A stretch of DNA of 64,000 bases from Candidatus Latescibacterota bacterium (GTDB lineage Bacteria; Latescibacterota; UBA2968; SICM01): contig CBDCJO010000002.1 in assembly GCA_965217865.1 (NCBI GenBank), positions 5,184,001 to 5,248,000 of the forward strand, given 5' to 3'. The translations under genes were made by a program, and so were the position numbers. Of the stretch, positions 29,215-40,485 are shown one piece after another (within the stretch, counting starts at the first letter, position 1; every line of letters starts with the position of its first letter). Below the pieces are notes generated by a model. It saw only the letters and a program-made list of their open reading frames with translations, did not search any database and was not told the origin of the DNA.

Positions 29215-31082
29215 ATGGGCAGAAAGAGCAGTAGAAAAAAACCGGGTCGCAGGGTCCTATCCACGGGACCGGCCGGGCTCGTGTCGCCTCCCCTCCATAG
29301 AGTAGGACGGCAGGCACTCCTGGATTCCCTGCTGGTCCTGATCATGGAGTTTTGGTCTTCGCCAATTCACTCGGAAACGACTTCGTCTACGACGACATCA
29401 GCATGATCGTTGAGAATTCGCGACTCGACACGCCCGGAAACCTGGAACGCTTCTTCACGACTTCCTATTGGGGCGATGCGATCGCCGGGGACAAGGCCTA
29501 CCGCCCACTGACGGTATGGAGTTTCGCGATCGACCGCTGGCTGTTCGGACCTGGACCGATCGGCATTCACGTCATGAACGTTCTGGCAAACGGGCTTGTT
29601 GGAGCATTAGCCTATCTATTGATTCGAGCACTTACAGGGAATCGTTTCCTGGCGTTTGCCGCCGCTACCCTCTGGGTCATTCATCCGGTCCACACCGAAG
29701 TCGTCGCCAACGGTGTCGGACGGGCCGAGATATACGCCGCCGTGTCGGTTTTGGCAGCTGCGCTCCTTCACCTCAGATGGCAGCGAGGTATTCAGGGTCG
29801 GGAATTCTGGCAGGGTGAAAGGACGACGGATAGGCGACCAAATGTCCGTGGAATTCGGATTTTTCGCGTGTACCTCGGGGGTGCGCTGGTCCTTTACTTC
29901 GTCGGTCTGTTTTTCAAGGAGTCCGCGGTTGTCCTTCCCGGGCTGCTATTTCTCGCTGACTGGCTCATCTGCAGCAGGGGACGGTTTATTCCCGCAATAC
30001 GTCGTTTGAATGTGTACCTTCTCTATTTGATTCCACTGGGGGTTTTCCTGGTCATCCGCCATGGGATCGTCGGTGGCGGGCTGCCTCCCATTCAGGAGGT
30101 CATGGGGCATGCAACTCCCTTCGGCCGTGTGCTCTATTCCAGCGAGACGATGCTGCGTTACATCGGCCAGACCCTGGTTCCGTGGTGGCTTAGCGGGGAG
30201 TACTCAGACTATCGCAACTTCATACGGCCCTCACTCTCGGAACCGATGGTCGTTGCTGCAATCCTGATCTGGATCGGGCTGAGCGTCGCGCTCGTCCGGC
30301 TGTACCGCCGGGGCAACCTGGTTCCGGTATTCGGGGCTCTTTGGTTCTTCCTGAGTATGCTTCCCGTCAGCAACCTCCTGTTCCCGATCGGGACAATCCG
30401 GGCGGACCGTCTGCTCTACTTGCCTTCGCTTGGTATCATGATTGTTGTATCCTGGGCGATGGTGGAACTTGGACGATCGCACCGTCAGGAAGCAATAGCG
30501 GTTTTTACGATCGTGTTGCTTATTTACGCAACCCGGACGGTGGTTCGCAACCGCGACTGGCGGAATCCGGAAGTGTTCTGGACAAAACAGCTCGAGTTGA
30601 ACCCGGGAAGCCCCATCGGCTGGGGCCATATGGGCGACACGTTCAAAAAACTCGGCAAGACGGATCGAGCCGAGGAGGCATATCGCAAGGCGATTGCGTT
30701 GCGCGATGTTCAGGGGCTTTTCTACCCGGAGGCCCACACCAAGGTTGCGAAGATCATGATTTCCCGGGGCGATAGTGCCGGGGCCGAGGCCGAGTACCGT
30801 CTGGTCGTCGAAAAACGGCCTGAGCACTACGTGGCGCTGCTCAATCTCGGCGAACTGCTTTTACACGACCGTTCCACGGTCAATGAGGCCATCCCGCTCC
30901 TAAAAAGAGCAGCCGAGGTCAAAGCCAAGGACTTCCGACCGTATGCAAATCTGTCGCAGGCATATCGAATAGCGGGTGAGTTCGATAACTCCCTGAAGGC
31001 GATTGAATCGGCCATTCAGCTGCGCCCTGACATTCCCACCCTCCGGCAGGTAAAGGCAGAAATCCTTAGCGGGGGAAATTGA
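29215..31082 (+). CDS. TMTC-like (GT-C fold) membrane protein with TPR repeats; 1-nt frameshift at about 29346
   Basis: NSLGNDFVYDD, YRPLT, HPVHTEVV, ADRLLYLPS, RNRDW, TPRs; N-terminus in ORF 29215. Confidence 0.85.
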
Positions 31083-31180
31083 AGATTGAAGATTAAGAAT
31101 GTTGAAGCGAGGTCAATAAGACAACAAGAAAGTCCTTGATTGTTCCAATATTCAATTCTCCGATATTCAATATTCAATGA
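31077..31180 (+). repeat. Heptamer-built palindromic element, copy 3
   Basis: Overlaps the TGA of the upstream gene. Confidence 0.85.
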
Positions 31181-31303
31181 TTTTAGGTAGTATTGCGCTC
31201 AGGATGACATATCCTACTTTCATAGGATTTATTTAGTTAGGAGAAAGGACACTGCCGACTTTTCAAGCAGGTCAATCTTAAACGGATTTTGAGAGGAGAC
31301 TTT

Positions 31304-31966
31304 ATGGAAACAACAAAGCCTACGATCGAATGCGCAGAAAACGGACCGTATCTCGTCAAAGGACTTGAAGATCTTCGGACTTCAGAGGAACACCCGATTC
31401 CCACCAAGAAGGTGATGGCCCTGTGCCGATGCGGGGCGTCGGAGAACAAGCCTTTCTGTGATGGCACCCACTCGACGATAGGGTTCAATGGAGAGAAGCA
31501 GGAGGGACGGACCCCTGACCGGCGTGACAGCTACGAAGGCAAAGAGGTCACCCTTCACGACAACCGGAGCTTGTGCTCCCACCGCGGGCATTGCACGGAT
31601 CACGCGGCCACGGTTTGGAAGTTGAAGTCCGAGCCGTGGATCGATCCCGACGGGGCGGGCACGGAGGAGATCATCAAGACCGTACGCATGTGCCCATCAG
31701 GCGCGCTCAGCTATTCGATCGACGGGGTAGAGCATCGCGATATCGAATACGATCCGGCCGTCACAGTCTCAAAGGACGGGCCGTACGAGGTTACGGGCGG
31801 GATCGATTTGCTCGACGTGGAATGGGGTGAGGGTGCTTCTCAGGAGCACTATGCGTTATGCCGTTGCGGAGCGTCGAAGAACAAACCGTTTTGCGACGGG
31901 ACTCACTGGTCGATCGAGTTCAAGGACGAACAGACCGATGCGATTGGGGATCGGCCTTCCGAGTGA
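31304..31966 (+). CDS. CDGSH iron-sulfur protein (CDGSH + divergent 4Fe-4S + CDGSH)
   Basis: LCRCGASxNKPFCDGTH twice; CSHRGHC...CPSGAL. Confidence 0.93.
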   Translation: METTKPTIECAENGPYLVKGLEDLRTSEEHPIPTKKVMALCRCGASENKPFCDGTHSTIGFNGEKQEGRTPDRRDSYEGKEVTLHDNRSLCSHRGHCTDHAATVWKLKSEPWIDPDGAGTEEIIKTVRMCPSGALSYSIDGVEHRDIEYDPAVTVSKDGPYEVTGGIDLLDVEWGEGASQEHYALCRCGASKNKPFCDGTHWSIEFKDEQTDAIGDRPSE

Positions 31967-32027
31967 GTCGCATCTCCCAAGAGCTTAAGGTAATTGTGTT
32001 GGTTCTGGATAATCGAGCCATGCAATT

Positions 32028-32070
32028 AATAATAACGCTTGACAATATTAACGCCATGCGTTATTATTAT
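32028..32070 (+). promoter_or_regulatory. higBA promoter/operator, probably leaderless transcript
   Basis: TTGACA(32039)-17-TATTAT ending 5 nt before the ATG; palindrome TAACGC-CAT-GCGTTA. Confidence 0.75.
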
Positions 32071-32072
32071 TC

Positions 32073-32354
32073 ATGATCAAATCATTTAACGATCGTGAAG
32101 CGGAAAGAATATTCGATCGTCATAAATCCCGAAAATTACCGGGTGCTTTGGGGCGCTCCGCACTGAAGAAGTTGTTGCTCCTGGATGCAGCCGAATCCAT
32201 TCAGGATCTCAAGGCCCCTCCTGGAAATCGGTTAGAGCGGCTTTCTGGCGATCGAAAGGGTCAATACAGCATTCGCATAAACGATCAATTGCGGTTGTGT
32301 TTTAAGTGGAGTGAAGGTCACGCGGCCGAAGTTGAGATCGTCGATTATCACTAG
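32073..32354 (+). CDS. higB: HigB (RelE/ParE) toxin
   Basis: MIKSF...PPGNRLERL.GDRKGQYSIRINDQ. Confidence 0.93.
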   Translation: MIKSFNDREAERIFDRHKSRKLPGALGRSALKKLLLLDAAESIQDLKAPPGNRLERLSGDRKGQYSIRINDQLRLCFKWSEGHAAEVEIVDYH

Positions 32355-32363
32355 GAGAACGAC

Positions 32364-32669
32364 ATGCCTGGAAAAAAGAACCCCCCTATTCACCCGGGAG
32401 AAATCTTGTTCGAGGAGTTTCTGGAGCCTCTGGGACTAAGTCAATATCGCCTGGCAAAGGATATTTCCGTACCCCCGCGCCGGATAAATGAGATCGTTCA
32501 CCGCAAACGCGCTATTTCTGCCGATACTGCTCTTCGCCTCGCGAGGTATTTTAGAACTACGGATCGCTTCTGGTTGAATCTGCAAGCTCGTTATGATATT
32601 GAGCTTGAAAAGGACCGTCTGGGATCGAGGTTGGTAAATGAAGTTCAGATTTTCGAGACAGCAAGCTGA
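32364..32669 (+). CDS. higA: HigA antitoxin
   Basis: PIHPGEIL.EEFL, TALRLARYF, FWLNLQ. Confidence 0.95.
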   Translation: MPGKKNPPIHPGEILFEEFLEPLGLSQYRLAKDISVPPRRINEIVHRKRAISADTALRLARYFRTTDRFWLNLQARYDIELEKDRLGSRLVNEVQIFETAS

Positions 32670-32748
32670 ATTAGAGAAAAAAACTACCCGAGTGGTTTTA
32701 GGAAATTCCACGCGGGTTCGTTAGTTGGATCAGGAAAACTGCGAAAAG

Positions 32749-33447
32749 TTAATTTCTGAATGTCATCGTGATCATCATGCCTTTCGACAGCGGCACGGGT
32801 AGAATGCTGATCCTTTCAGATCCGGCGCGTGAAATCGATCGTCCTACCACGATCCCGATCGCGGATCCTGCGATCACGTCGGATAAGTAATGACGATTAC
32901 CTTCCATTCGGGCACCGGCCACCAGCACGCTCCACGCATAGAATGGAATGCCCACCCGTGGACCGAAATGTGAATTCAGCACCCCCGCGATCGCAAACGC
33001 ATTGGCAGTATGTCCCGAGGGAAACGAGAGTCGGTTGCTCCCGTCGGGACGGTATCTGCGGGATGCGTGTTTGATCGGACCAACCAGCAATTGGGTGTAG
33101 ACCAGCGCGCGGAGGAGGTCCGAAGAAACGGCTTCTAGTTTGGGCCGATTCAAGGCCTTTGAAAACAGCCAGAGCCCCAGGGCCGCAGGCAGATTGAAAG
33201 TGCTTGATCCATACGCGTTTGAAGGATCGGCCGTCAATTCGAAAACCGATAGCCGTTCGACCTCTCCAACCAGATCATCGTCCCATCGATGTGCGATTCC
33301 CGCAAAACCCATTCCCGTTGTGACGATAGCTGTGTTTTCCCAGGTTATCAAGTTCTTAAAATCCCGCTTGATCCCGCCTGTGTCCGCCTCGACACCTGGC
33401 GCTGAAAACAGCCACAACCCTGCCCAGACGTAACACAGTCTCTTCAT
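32749..33447 (-). CDS. PAP2-family phosphatase
   Basis: K....R.RP, SFPSGH, R....HYLSDV. Confidence 0.9.
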   Translation of the reverse strand: MKRLCYVWAGLWLFSAPGVEADTGGIKRDFKNLITWENTAIVTTGMGFAGIAHRWDDDLVGEVERLSVFELTADPSNAYGSSTFNLPAALGLWLFSKALNRPKLEAVSSDLLRALVYTQLLVGPIKHASRRYRPDGSNRLSFPSGHTANAFAIAGVLNSHFGPRVGIPFYAWSVLVAGARMEGNRHYLSDVIAGSAIGIVVGRSISRAGSERISILPVPLSKGMMITMTFRN

Positions 33448-33480
33448 AACTTTCCCTCGGATCAGAAAACTTCAAAAAAA

Positions 33481-33623
33481 GAGATCCTTCGCGCACAAGG
33501 CCTCGCGTCAGATCGGAACTTCGGATCCTTCGACTACGGCCCCTGAAGGGGCCTCCGCTCAGGACAGGCCGCGCTCAGGATGACATCCAAGTCACGGGAT
33601 ATTGGGTTGATTTCAAAGCAACC
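33481..33623 (+). repeat. Second copy of 14316 element with nested CTTCGACTAC...GCTCAGGAC unit
   Basis: Direct comparison with 14316-14422. Confidence 0.8.
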
Positions 33624-34168
33624 TAATCATTACGAACCTTTCCAGTTCCAGCATCGACTTTAACTTCTTTGATATCTCCTTCCGAATCGATAATCTCTAT
33701 GCTATAGTGTAGATGACCGATTTCTCGTTCCAGCTCAGCTTCGACGGCGTTCCCCGGATTTGCCGCGATAGCCGCTTTCAGGGCATCTTCGAGAGAGACT
33801 ATCTGCTGCCGGAACAAGTGTAGTTCTTCTTCATCCTCGTTTTCTCGCTCGTTCTTCAGTATGCTAGCGTTTCCCGCATCGATGGTGGCTTCAGTCCTGT
33901 TCCCCCCACCGGTCGAGAGCTCGACCTCATAGACCAGATATCCTTCTTCGACTTCCAGTTCCGCTTCAACAGGCCTTCCCTTGAATCCGGATGAGGCGAT
34001 TTCGATAGCCTTTAATATGGGGATGCCCGTCAATTTATGGAAATGAATTTTCGGGGTTTGACGGATCGGGATAGAACCGTGTAATTCGTGGGCTTGCGGT
34101 GATACGGCAAGAAACATTGTCAGGAACAGGGTGGGGATAAGCAGGTTTGCGAAGGGAATATGTTTCAT
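33623..34168 (-). CDS. Exported PepSY-domain protein
   Basis: Signal peptide; two EAELE...Y.(V/I)E...(I/V)DAG.. repeats. Confidence 0.85.
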   Translation of the reverse strand: MKHIPFANLLIPTLFLTMFLAVSPQAHELHGSIPIRQTPKIHFHKLTGIPILKAIEIASSGFKGRPVEAELEVEEGYLVYEVELSTGGGNRTEATIDAGNASILKNERENEDEEELHLFRQQIVSLEDALKAAIAANPGNAVEAELEREIGHLHYSIEIIDSEGDIKEVKVDAGTGKVRND

Positions 34169-34193
34169 GTAGATCATAATATAGTCAATTTCA

Positions 34194-36596
34194 TCAAAAA
34201 ATTCCACTCCAGCTAAGACCTATCGAAGGCAGGACAATAAACCATGTTTCGACGTCTCTGTGGAGGAAAAAATCACCATTGATGTTCTGTGCTTTGAAAT
34301 AGTCGTATCCCAGGACGTTCTTGTGATTCGTGAGGTTCACGACTTCAAAGAAGAATCGCAGATCCCCGCGAGATGTTGAAACCCTCCTGGTCACACGGGC
34401 ATCCATTCGGTGGTAGTTGGGCAACCTGTGACCGTATAGCTTGAGCGGTTTTATGGCGAAATCCTCTTCGCCATCCTCTCCTGTGACATCGATCATTTCT
34501 TCCCGAGTGGCGGGCCACCCGGTGTGGAAGGAGTAGGACGTATTGATAGACCATGCCCTGGATGGGCGAAATGTGCAGTCAAGATTCAGCGCATGGCGTT
34601 GATCCTGCGGACTGGCATGCTCTCTGTTAAATTCTAATATTGTCGGGTCGTTGAGATGATCGATCCGGCTCGTTTGTTCATCCACGAATGAAAGTCCGTA
34701 GCTTCCCCTAATTGAAAACACCCTTCCCATATTCTGGGTATAATATGCTTCTATCCCTTTGGAAGTGGTGTTATCGGGATAGACAAGAATTCGGTCTTCG
34801 TCTGTTTCAGGAAAGACATCAATTGATCCTTTCCAGTTTCTGTATTTCGGCCTGAGGTTCGACCCTCGTTTGTAATATCCCTCTATGCGCAGCCTTGCGT
34901 CGTTGAGGAATAGCTGTTCGAAGCCCCCGGTCCATTGCTTGGAAAGCTCGGATGGGGCATAGTTATCATGACCGTTTAACACGGTTACGTCTTCAATGCC
35001 TTGCATTTGACGGTAGTATCCCCAACCGAACCTAAAGTTTGTTCTTTGCGCCAGTTTAATCAGTGCATTTACACGCGGACTAAAATCGCTGTCTTTCGTG
35101 TAGGATCCTCGATCATAGCGCATCCCGAGTTCCAACGTGACAGGATCAATTATTTGAAATCGATTGGCGAGATATAAACCCAGGGTTGTGCCGCTTTTCT
35201 TTAATCTCGAACTGCTTTCAATCGGGTAGTAGGCCAGCGAGTCCGCCGAAGGGTCGTCCGGGTTCTTTCCGACGATGTTGGTGAATATATCGTCCGCATC
35301 AACACTTCTAAAATCGAAACCCGACTCCAGAAATATCGAATTGGAAAGTTCATACATCCAATCCTGCTTAAACCCAAAACTTGAAAAATCGCGCTTATTC
35401 TTCAACTCATAAACCGGATCCGGAAGACCGACACCCTGTTCGAAACCATCTCGGGTTTTGTTGACCAGGCCGGCCGAAGCCATGCTCGTGACGGCCATCC
35501 GATTGCCCAAGGCTGATTTCAGGGTGACCCAGGCGTATGAATTTCCATACTTGTTATTCGCGAATTCCGTGGTTTTTATCGTGTCCTGGAATCCGGTGGT
35601 CCCCTTTGCGTTATAGGTGTATTTATCCCTGGCGTGAAGGACGTTGAACGAGAGTGTATGGCGGGGGTTGAACTGATAGTGGATTTTCGAGAAGATGTCA
35701 TAATAGACGGGGGAGGGAAGGTCACCCTGATTCATGATGTTGAATACGAGATCCAGGTATCCCCTGCGGGCGGAGAGAAACCACGCACCTTTGTCATTCG
35801 AAAAAGTCCCTTCGGTCATCGCCCGGGCATTCATTAAACTTAGTCCAGCACTGAATTTTGTGCCGTCGGGATTCGGTTCCCTCGAGTCGATATTGAAGAT
35901 GCCGCTGAGCCTGTTGCCGTATTCCGCTGGAAATCCACCCGTCATCAACTCAACGCCTTCGATGGCCTCAACATCGATGATGCTGATGGCTCCTTCATTG
36001 AAATCCTTTAGGTGGTAGGGTTCGTAGATTTCCAATCCATCGATCATGATGAGGGTCTCATCGTACCGGCCGCCTCGAATCGAGAAATGTGCGGAATAGT
36101 CCCCTGAAGACAGGCCGGGTAATCGATTCACGGCGCGGAATATATCTTCGCCGAATTGAGGGACGGATTCGATGTCATCCCGGGACATGGTCTGCCGGGT
36201 TGAAGGGCTCGATTCCATGAAGGAAAAGGAACCTGGGGTTACGGTGATTTCCTTGAGTTGATATACTTTGGTTGTCATGAACAGGTTGAGGTCCAAATCC
36301 GTGTGACCGTCTATCAGAAGGTCTTTGCGAATCAGTTCTTCATATCCCACCCGACTCGCTCGAAGGATGTAAGTCCCGGTGGGGACTCCATTGATCGTAA
36401 AACGTCCATCCCGATCGGTTTCACCCCCCAGCTGCGTGCCGCGTAATGCCACGCTTACCAGACTGACGGGCTTTATGGAATCCGCATCCAGGATGCGCCC
36501 GTGAATATTCACCGATTCCTGCGCGAATCCTGCTGTGTGAAAAAGGCAGATCGCCATGCCTGCGAGAATCCCGAAGGGCCTGATAAACCGAATCAT
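34194..36596 (-). CDS. TonB-dependent receptor
   Basis: Carboxypeptidase-reg-like N domain, IRGG, GGFPAEYGNRLSG plug; SD GGAGG. Confidence 0.9.
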   Translation of the reverse strand: MIRFIRPFGILAGMAICLFHTAGFAQESVNIHGRILDADSIKPVSLVSVALRGTQLGGETDRDGRFTINGVPTGTYILRASRVGYEELIRKDLLIDGHTDLDLNLFMTTKVYQLKEITVTPGSFSFMESSPSTRQTMSRDDIESVPQFGEDIFRAVNRLPGLSSGDYSAHFSIRGGRYDETLIMIDGLEIYEPYHLKDFNEGAISIIDVEAIEGVELMTGGFPAEYGNRLSGIFNIDSREPNPDGTKFSAGLSLMNARAMTEGTFSNDKGAWFLSARRGYLDLVFNIMNQGDLPSPVYYDIFSKIHYQFNPRHTLSFNVLHARDKYTYNAKGTTGFQDTIKTTEFANNKYGNSYAWVTLKSALGNRMAVTSMASAGLVNKTRDGFEQGVGLPDPVYELKNKRDFSSFGFKQDWMYELSNSIFLESGFDFRSVDADDIFTNIVGKNPDDPSADSLAYYPIESSSRLKKSGTTLGLYLANRFQIIDPVTLELGMRYDRGSYTKDSDFSPRVNALIKLAQRTNFRFGWGYYRQMQGIEDVTVLNGHDNYAPSELSKQWTGGFEQLFLNDARLRIEGYYKRGSNLRPKYRNWKGSIDVFPETDEDRILVYPDNTTSKGIEAYYTQNMGRVFSIRGSYGLSFVDEQTSRIDHLNDPTILEFNREHASPQDQRHALNLDCTFRPSRAWSINTSYSFHTGWPATREEMIDVTGEDGEEDFAIKPLKLYGHRLPNYHRMDARVTRRVSTSRGDLRFFFEVVNLTNHKNVLGYDYFKAQNINGDFFLHRDVETWFIVLPSIGLSWSGIF

Positions 36597-36827
36597 TTTC
36601 GACCTCCTTTTTGGATGGGGACGCACAAACTTCTGTGTTTCCATTCGCATTCTCCCGGAGCTGAACAATCTCCGTCGAAAACTTTTCAACGAAATATAGG
36701 AGCCGAAGATTAAAGGGACATTAAGCCAATATTAAATTGCTTTAACCTTTGCGTTTTAAAGCACACTTGAGATTTATCTTGGTTATCTTTTAGGTTCCCG
36801 AGGGGTTCTCATTCAGAGGTTGTTGAC

Positions 36828-37502
36828 ATGCGGATATTGTTGATCGAAGACGATGTGAAAGTAGCGGCATTTCTCGTCAAAGGATTGACGGAGAATGGAT
36901 ATGCCGTGGATGTTTGCAACGACGGTAGGGCGGGATTAGACGTTTTCGAAACCGAATCCTTCGACCTGGTGATCGTCGACTGGATGCTGCCCGAAATGGA
37001 CGGTATTGCGGTCTGCAAGGAGATCCGAAAGAGGTCCGCCCGCATACCCATCATGTTTTTAACGGTCAAAGATTCAGTTGCGGACAAGGTCACGGGATTC
37101 GACGCCGGCGCGGACGACTACGTCATGAAGCCATTTTCATTTTTGGAACTGCTTGCACGTATAAGGGCCCTCCTGCGAAGACGGCACGCTGCGGTCGAAA
37201 AGTTAGAGGTTGACGATCTGGAGATGAATGTTGCGGAGCGGACGGTGAACAGAGGTGGGGAGAGGATAGATCTTTCGAATAAGGAGTTTTCGATCCTGGA
37301 GTATTTCCTGCGGAACCGGAACCGTCTGATCACCCGGGCGGCGTTAGCAGATCATGTATGGAATATCAATTTTGACCGGGGATCGAACGTCATCGATGTC
37401 TACATCAACTACTTGCGAAAGAAACTGAATTGCGGGTCGCAAAGGCCTCTTGTGCATACGGTTCGGGGAGCCGGGTACATTTTGAAGGGACCTGAGGGAT
37501 GA
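36828..37502 (+). CDS. OmpR-family response regulator
   Basis: LIEDD, DWMLP, GADDY..KPF, TVRGAGY. Confidence 0.95.
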   Translation: MRILLIEDDVKVAAFLVKGLTENGYAVDVCNDGRAGLDVFETESFDLVIVDWMLPEMDGIAVCKEIRKRSARIPIMFLTVKDSVADKVTGFDAGADDYVMKPFSFLELLARIRALLRRRHAAVEKLEVDDLEMNVAERTVNRGGERIDLSNKEFSILEYFLRNRNRLITRAALADHVWNINFDRGSNVIDVYINYLRKKLNCGSQRPLVHTVRGAGYILKGPEG

Positions 37503-38907
37503 AACTTAGTCTAAGGACGAAACTCGTCGTGGCTTTTGTCTTAATGGGCCTGACGGTGCTCGGGGTGAGCTCTGGGGTGTATTATGTCTCGTTCGAACGG
37601 TCGGCTCTGGAGGAAGTGGAAATCGACCTGCTAGAAGACGCGCATGAATTCGCGCTGACCATCCTGTACAGCGATGGGATCGTTTCCGTTATCGATCACC
37701 ACGAATGGGACGACGCGGATGACGAATATGTCGTAGCGACAGACGCCCAATTCAATACGATCAAAAAGAGCCCGAACTTGGGGAACCTGGAGTTGCAGCG
37801 GTTATTTGATTTTCAACCCGTGAACGATCCGCAGACGATTCGCGTTGATGTCGATGCGGTGGAACTGATGTGTGTCGTGCTTCCGGTCAAACGAGATGAT
37901 TCGGTTGTTGCTTATATACTCGTGACAACCAGTGTGGAGCAGGTGACCGAGTACGTCGATATCTTGAAGGACAGTATTCTGATTTCCCTGATCTTTCTGG
38001 TTCTTTTCGGAATAGGCGCGGCCTATTTGTTTGCGAACAGAATGGTTCGGCCGGTGTTATCGATCCAACGTGCGGTCGGAAAAATTGAACTGGAGAACCT
38101 GGACCAACGGATCGAACTGATGCGGGGGGATACGGAACTGGATAGCCTGGTCGATACCCTGAACAGTCTGTTCGAGCGATTGGAGAAATCATATAACCAG
38201 ATCAACGATTTCTCCGCAAACGTGGCGCACGAGCTGCACACGCCGCTTACCATTCTGAGGGGGAATATCGAGGTTGCTCTGACCAGGGACAGGCATCGGG
38301 ACGAATATGTTGAAATTCTTTCCGATCTTCTGGAAGAGACCCTGCACATTATTCACCTCGTGGACAGTATGCTGTTACTCGCACGGGGGGATACATCGTC
38401 CCTGTCGATTCACGAAACCTCCATCGATTTGGAGCGGTTCTGCGGGGAGCACTCGGGAGACTGGGAGGCCCTCTGTTCTTTGAAGAACCAAATACTGAGG
38501 TTCGACATCGGAGCCCCCCGCTCCATCGTTGGAGACAAACACCTTCTTTCTCAACTATTCCTCAATCTCGTATCAAATGCCTCGAAGTTCTCGAAAGACG
38601 GACAATTGATCGATATCGAGATTCGGGAGAAGGAGAGGGCCTTTAATGGGAATGACGGGGTTCAGATTACGGTTAAGGATGAAGGCATCGGTGTCCCTGC
38701 AAAGGATCAGGCAAAGGTGTTCGAGAGATTTTTCCGGATCCAGAAGGACCGATCCCGTCAAACCGGGGGGCAGGCCTGGGACTTTCGATCTGCGGGATGA
38801 TTGCGAGATTGCACGGGGGGACGATCAGCCTGACCAGCGAAGTAGGGAAGGGAACGTCCGTCAGGGTCACGCTTCCTGTTCGGGATGGAGTCAGGGAAGG
38901 AAAGTGA
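37499..38907 (+). CDS. HAMP sensor histidine kinase; 1-nt frameshift in G6 run 38765-38770
   Basis: [19 protein letters not shown]; shifted frame restores AGLGLSI...HGGTI...GKGT to TGA 38907. Confidence 0.88.
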
Positions 38908-38915
38908 AGAACCAA

Positions 38916-39013
38916 AATTGAAGATCGAAGATTGTAGCGAGATCCATAAGGACATGGGAAAGTCCTGAATTTATCAAATATTCAAATTTCCGATATTCAA
39001 TATTTAATGAAGT
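38916..39013 (+). repeat. Heptamer-built palindromic element, copy 4
   Basis: Same core as 26030. Confidence 0.8.
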
Positions 39014-39060
39014 TGGGAGGGTGGTACCGAGCTTTCGAGGCGAGGGAGCACGAGGCGGTC

Positions 39061-39208
39061 CAAAAATAATAGCGCCTTCAGGATCGAGGTGGTTGCGAGC
39101 GAAGCAAAGCCAGCGACCGCTAAGGGAATCATAAACCATAATGAACACATCCTGAGCGGAGTTCCGCGGTTTTTGCGGAACGCAGTCGAAGGACGGGGAT
39201 AGGATGGG
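39061..39208 (+). repeat. Second copy of 21458 element
   Basis: Direct comparison. Confidence 0.8.
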
Positions 39209-39357
39209 AAGTCCGCCTGCGGCGGACTTTGTATACGTAGCGCGGGAATTCATTCCCGCGCGGATTGGATACCTACGAATCACCTGCCAAGTTCGTTAAC
39301 TCCCTTGTAATGCCCTGAGGACAAGATAAGTAGGTCCTGAGCTAGCAAAAACAACGG

Positions 39358-39393
39358 AACCCCGGCGGAAAGTTTTCCCCGCGGGGTTTTTTT
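39358..39393 (+). terminator. Intrinsic terminator
   Basis: AACCCCG-GCGG...CCGCGGGG-T7. Confidence 0.65.
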
Positions 39394-39497
39394 ATTGGAA
39401 GACGAGGTGCGATAAAGTTTTCAATCGGGCAGGCTCATTCGAAAGCTTCTTTCAATCGAAAATCTCAAAACCTCGACACGAATGAGAGTGCATGTCC

Positions 39498-39513
39498 TGG
39501 CATCGTCTTTGCA
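39498..39513 (+). promoter_or_regulatory. Sigma-54 promoter
   Basis: TGGCAT-CGTCT-TTGCA (GG-N10-GC). Confidence 0.65.
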
Positions 39514-39606
39514 TATGCTTGCGCAGACCCTTTTCGGCGCGCGTGTGGTAACGGTTCCCTGTTATCGTCCCGAACAGCTTCGGGATCTTTTGCGGGTCCG
39601 GATGCC

Positions 39607-40482
39607 TTGCAGGCAAGCCCCTATTCCTGTTTGTTCTTGGGAAGGCCCGTAGGGAAGGGGGGGAGGATCCATTTTATTGACGAGATTTCAAACGACGGGG
39701 ATGGCACGAAGAGGCACAACACATTCGTAGCTCACGGGTTCGACAGCTTTCGGGATTGCATTCTGTTGTTAAACAATCATTCCAGTGTATCGGGATGGTT
39801 TCCTGTCGGCGCGGTTGGAGAACGACTCCCGGGGAAAAGAGCCTATGAGATCCGGGTCCCCTCGAATTGCGAAATGCCGTCGAGAGAGGTTCTCGCAAAA
39901 CTGCTGCTGGACAGGGTCAGGAGCAACTTCGAGACATCGGGCCGGGCCTATCCTGTCGGAATGAAGATGTTAACCCACAGGAATCCCCCGCCGGCCGGGA
40001 CAATCTGCGGGCCCGTCGGGATTCGGGCTTTTGCGGATGCTCAAGTTTCCTATCTCAGTGGACACGGTCGATCAATCTGGGAAGGGAATCTGTGGGCCTG
40101 CAAGCGGATTCTTTTGATGATTCAGGAACGGGGCATTTTCTGTTCGGTTTTAAAGGAAATGCTGGAAAGTTCGAATGATCTACCGGAATTGCAAAGCCTG
40201 TCTGAAGCCTGGGATAACCTCGAAAAGTCATGGCGGATCGCCGCCAAACTGGGGACAAGGGTCCACGAGACCGGCGACAAAGATTTGGTTAATAGAATCC
40301 AGGAGCGATTTCATCACATCGCGGAAGAAGAGGAAAGATTTCTGCTCCGGCTGAAAGGATACTTGAAGAATGACCTTGCGCGCTCAAGGGGTTCAGAACA
40401 CTCTCGTCGGAGGGGCTCTCGGTTTGTCCCTTTGCGGGTCTTTCATCCTGCGGAGGCCACAATCGAAGACCGGTCAGCTTAG
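39607..40482 (+). pseudogene. Hypothetical protein, 5' region disrupted (possible BtrH/DUF4872-like)
   Basis: Long ORF without a convincing start; G..GIRAFA and helical IAEEEE tail. Confidence 0.4.
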
Positions 40483-40485
40483 GTT

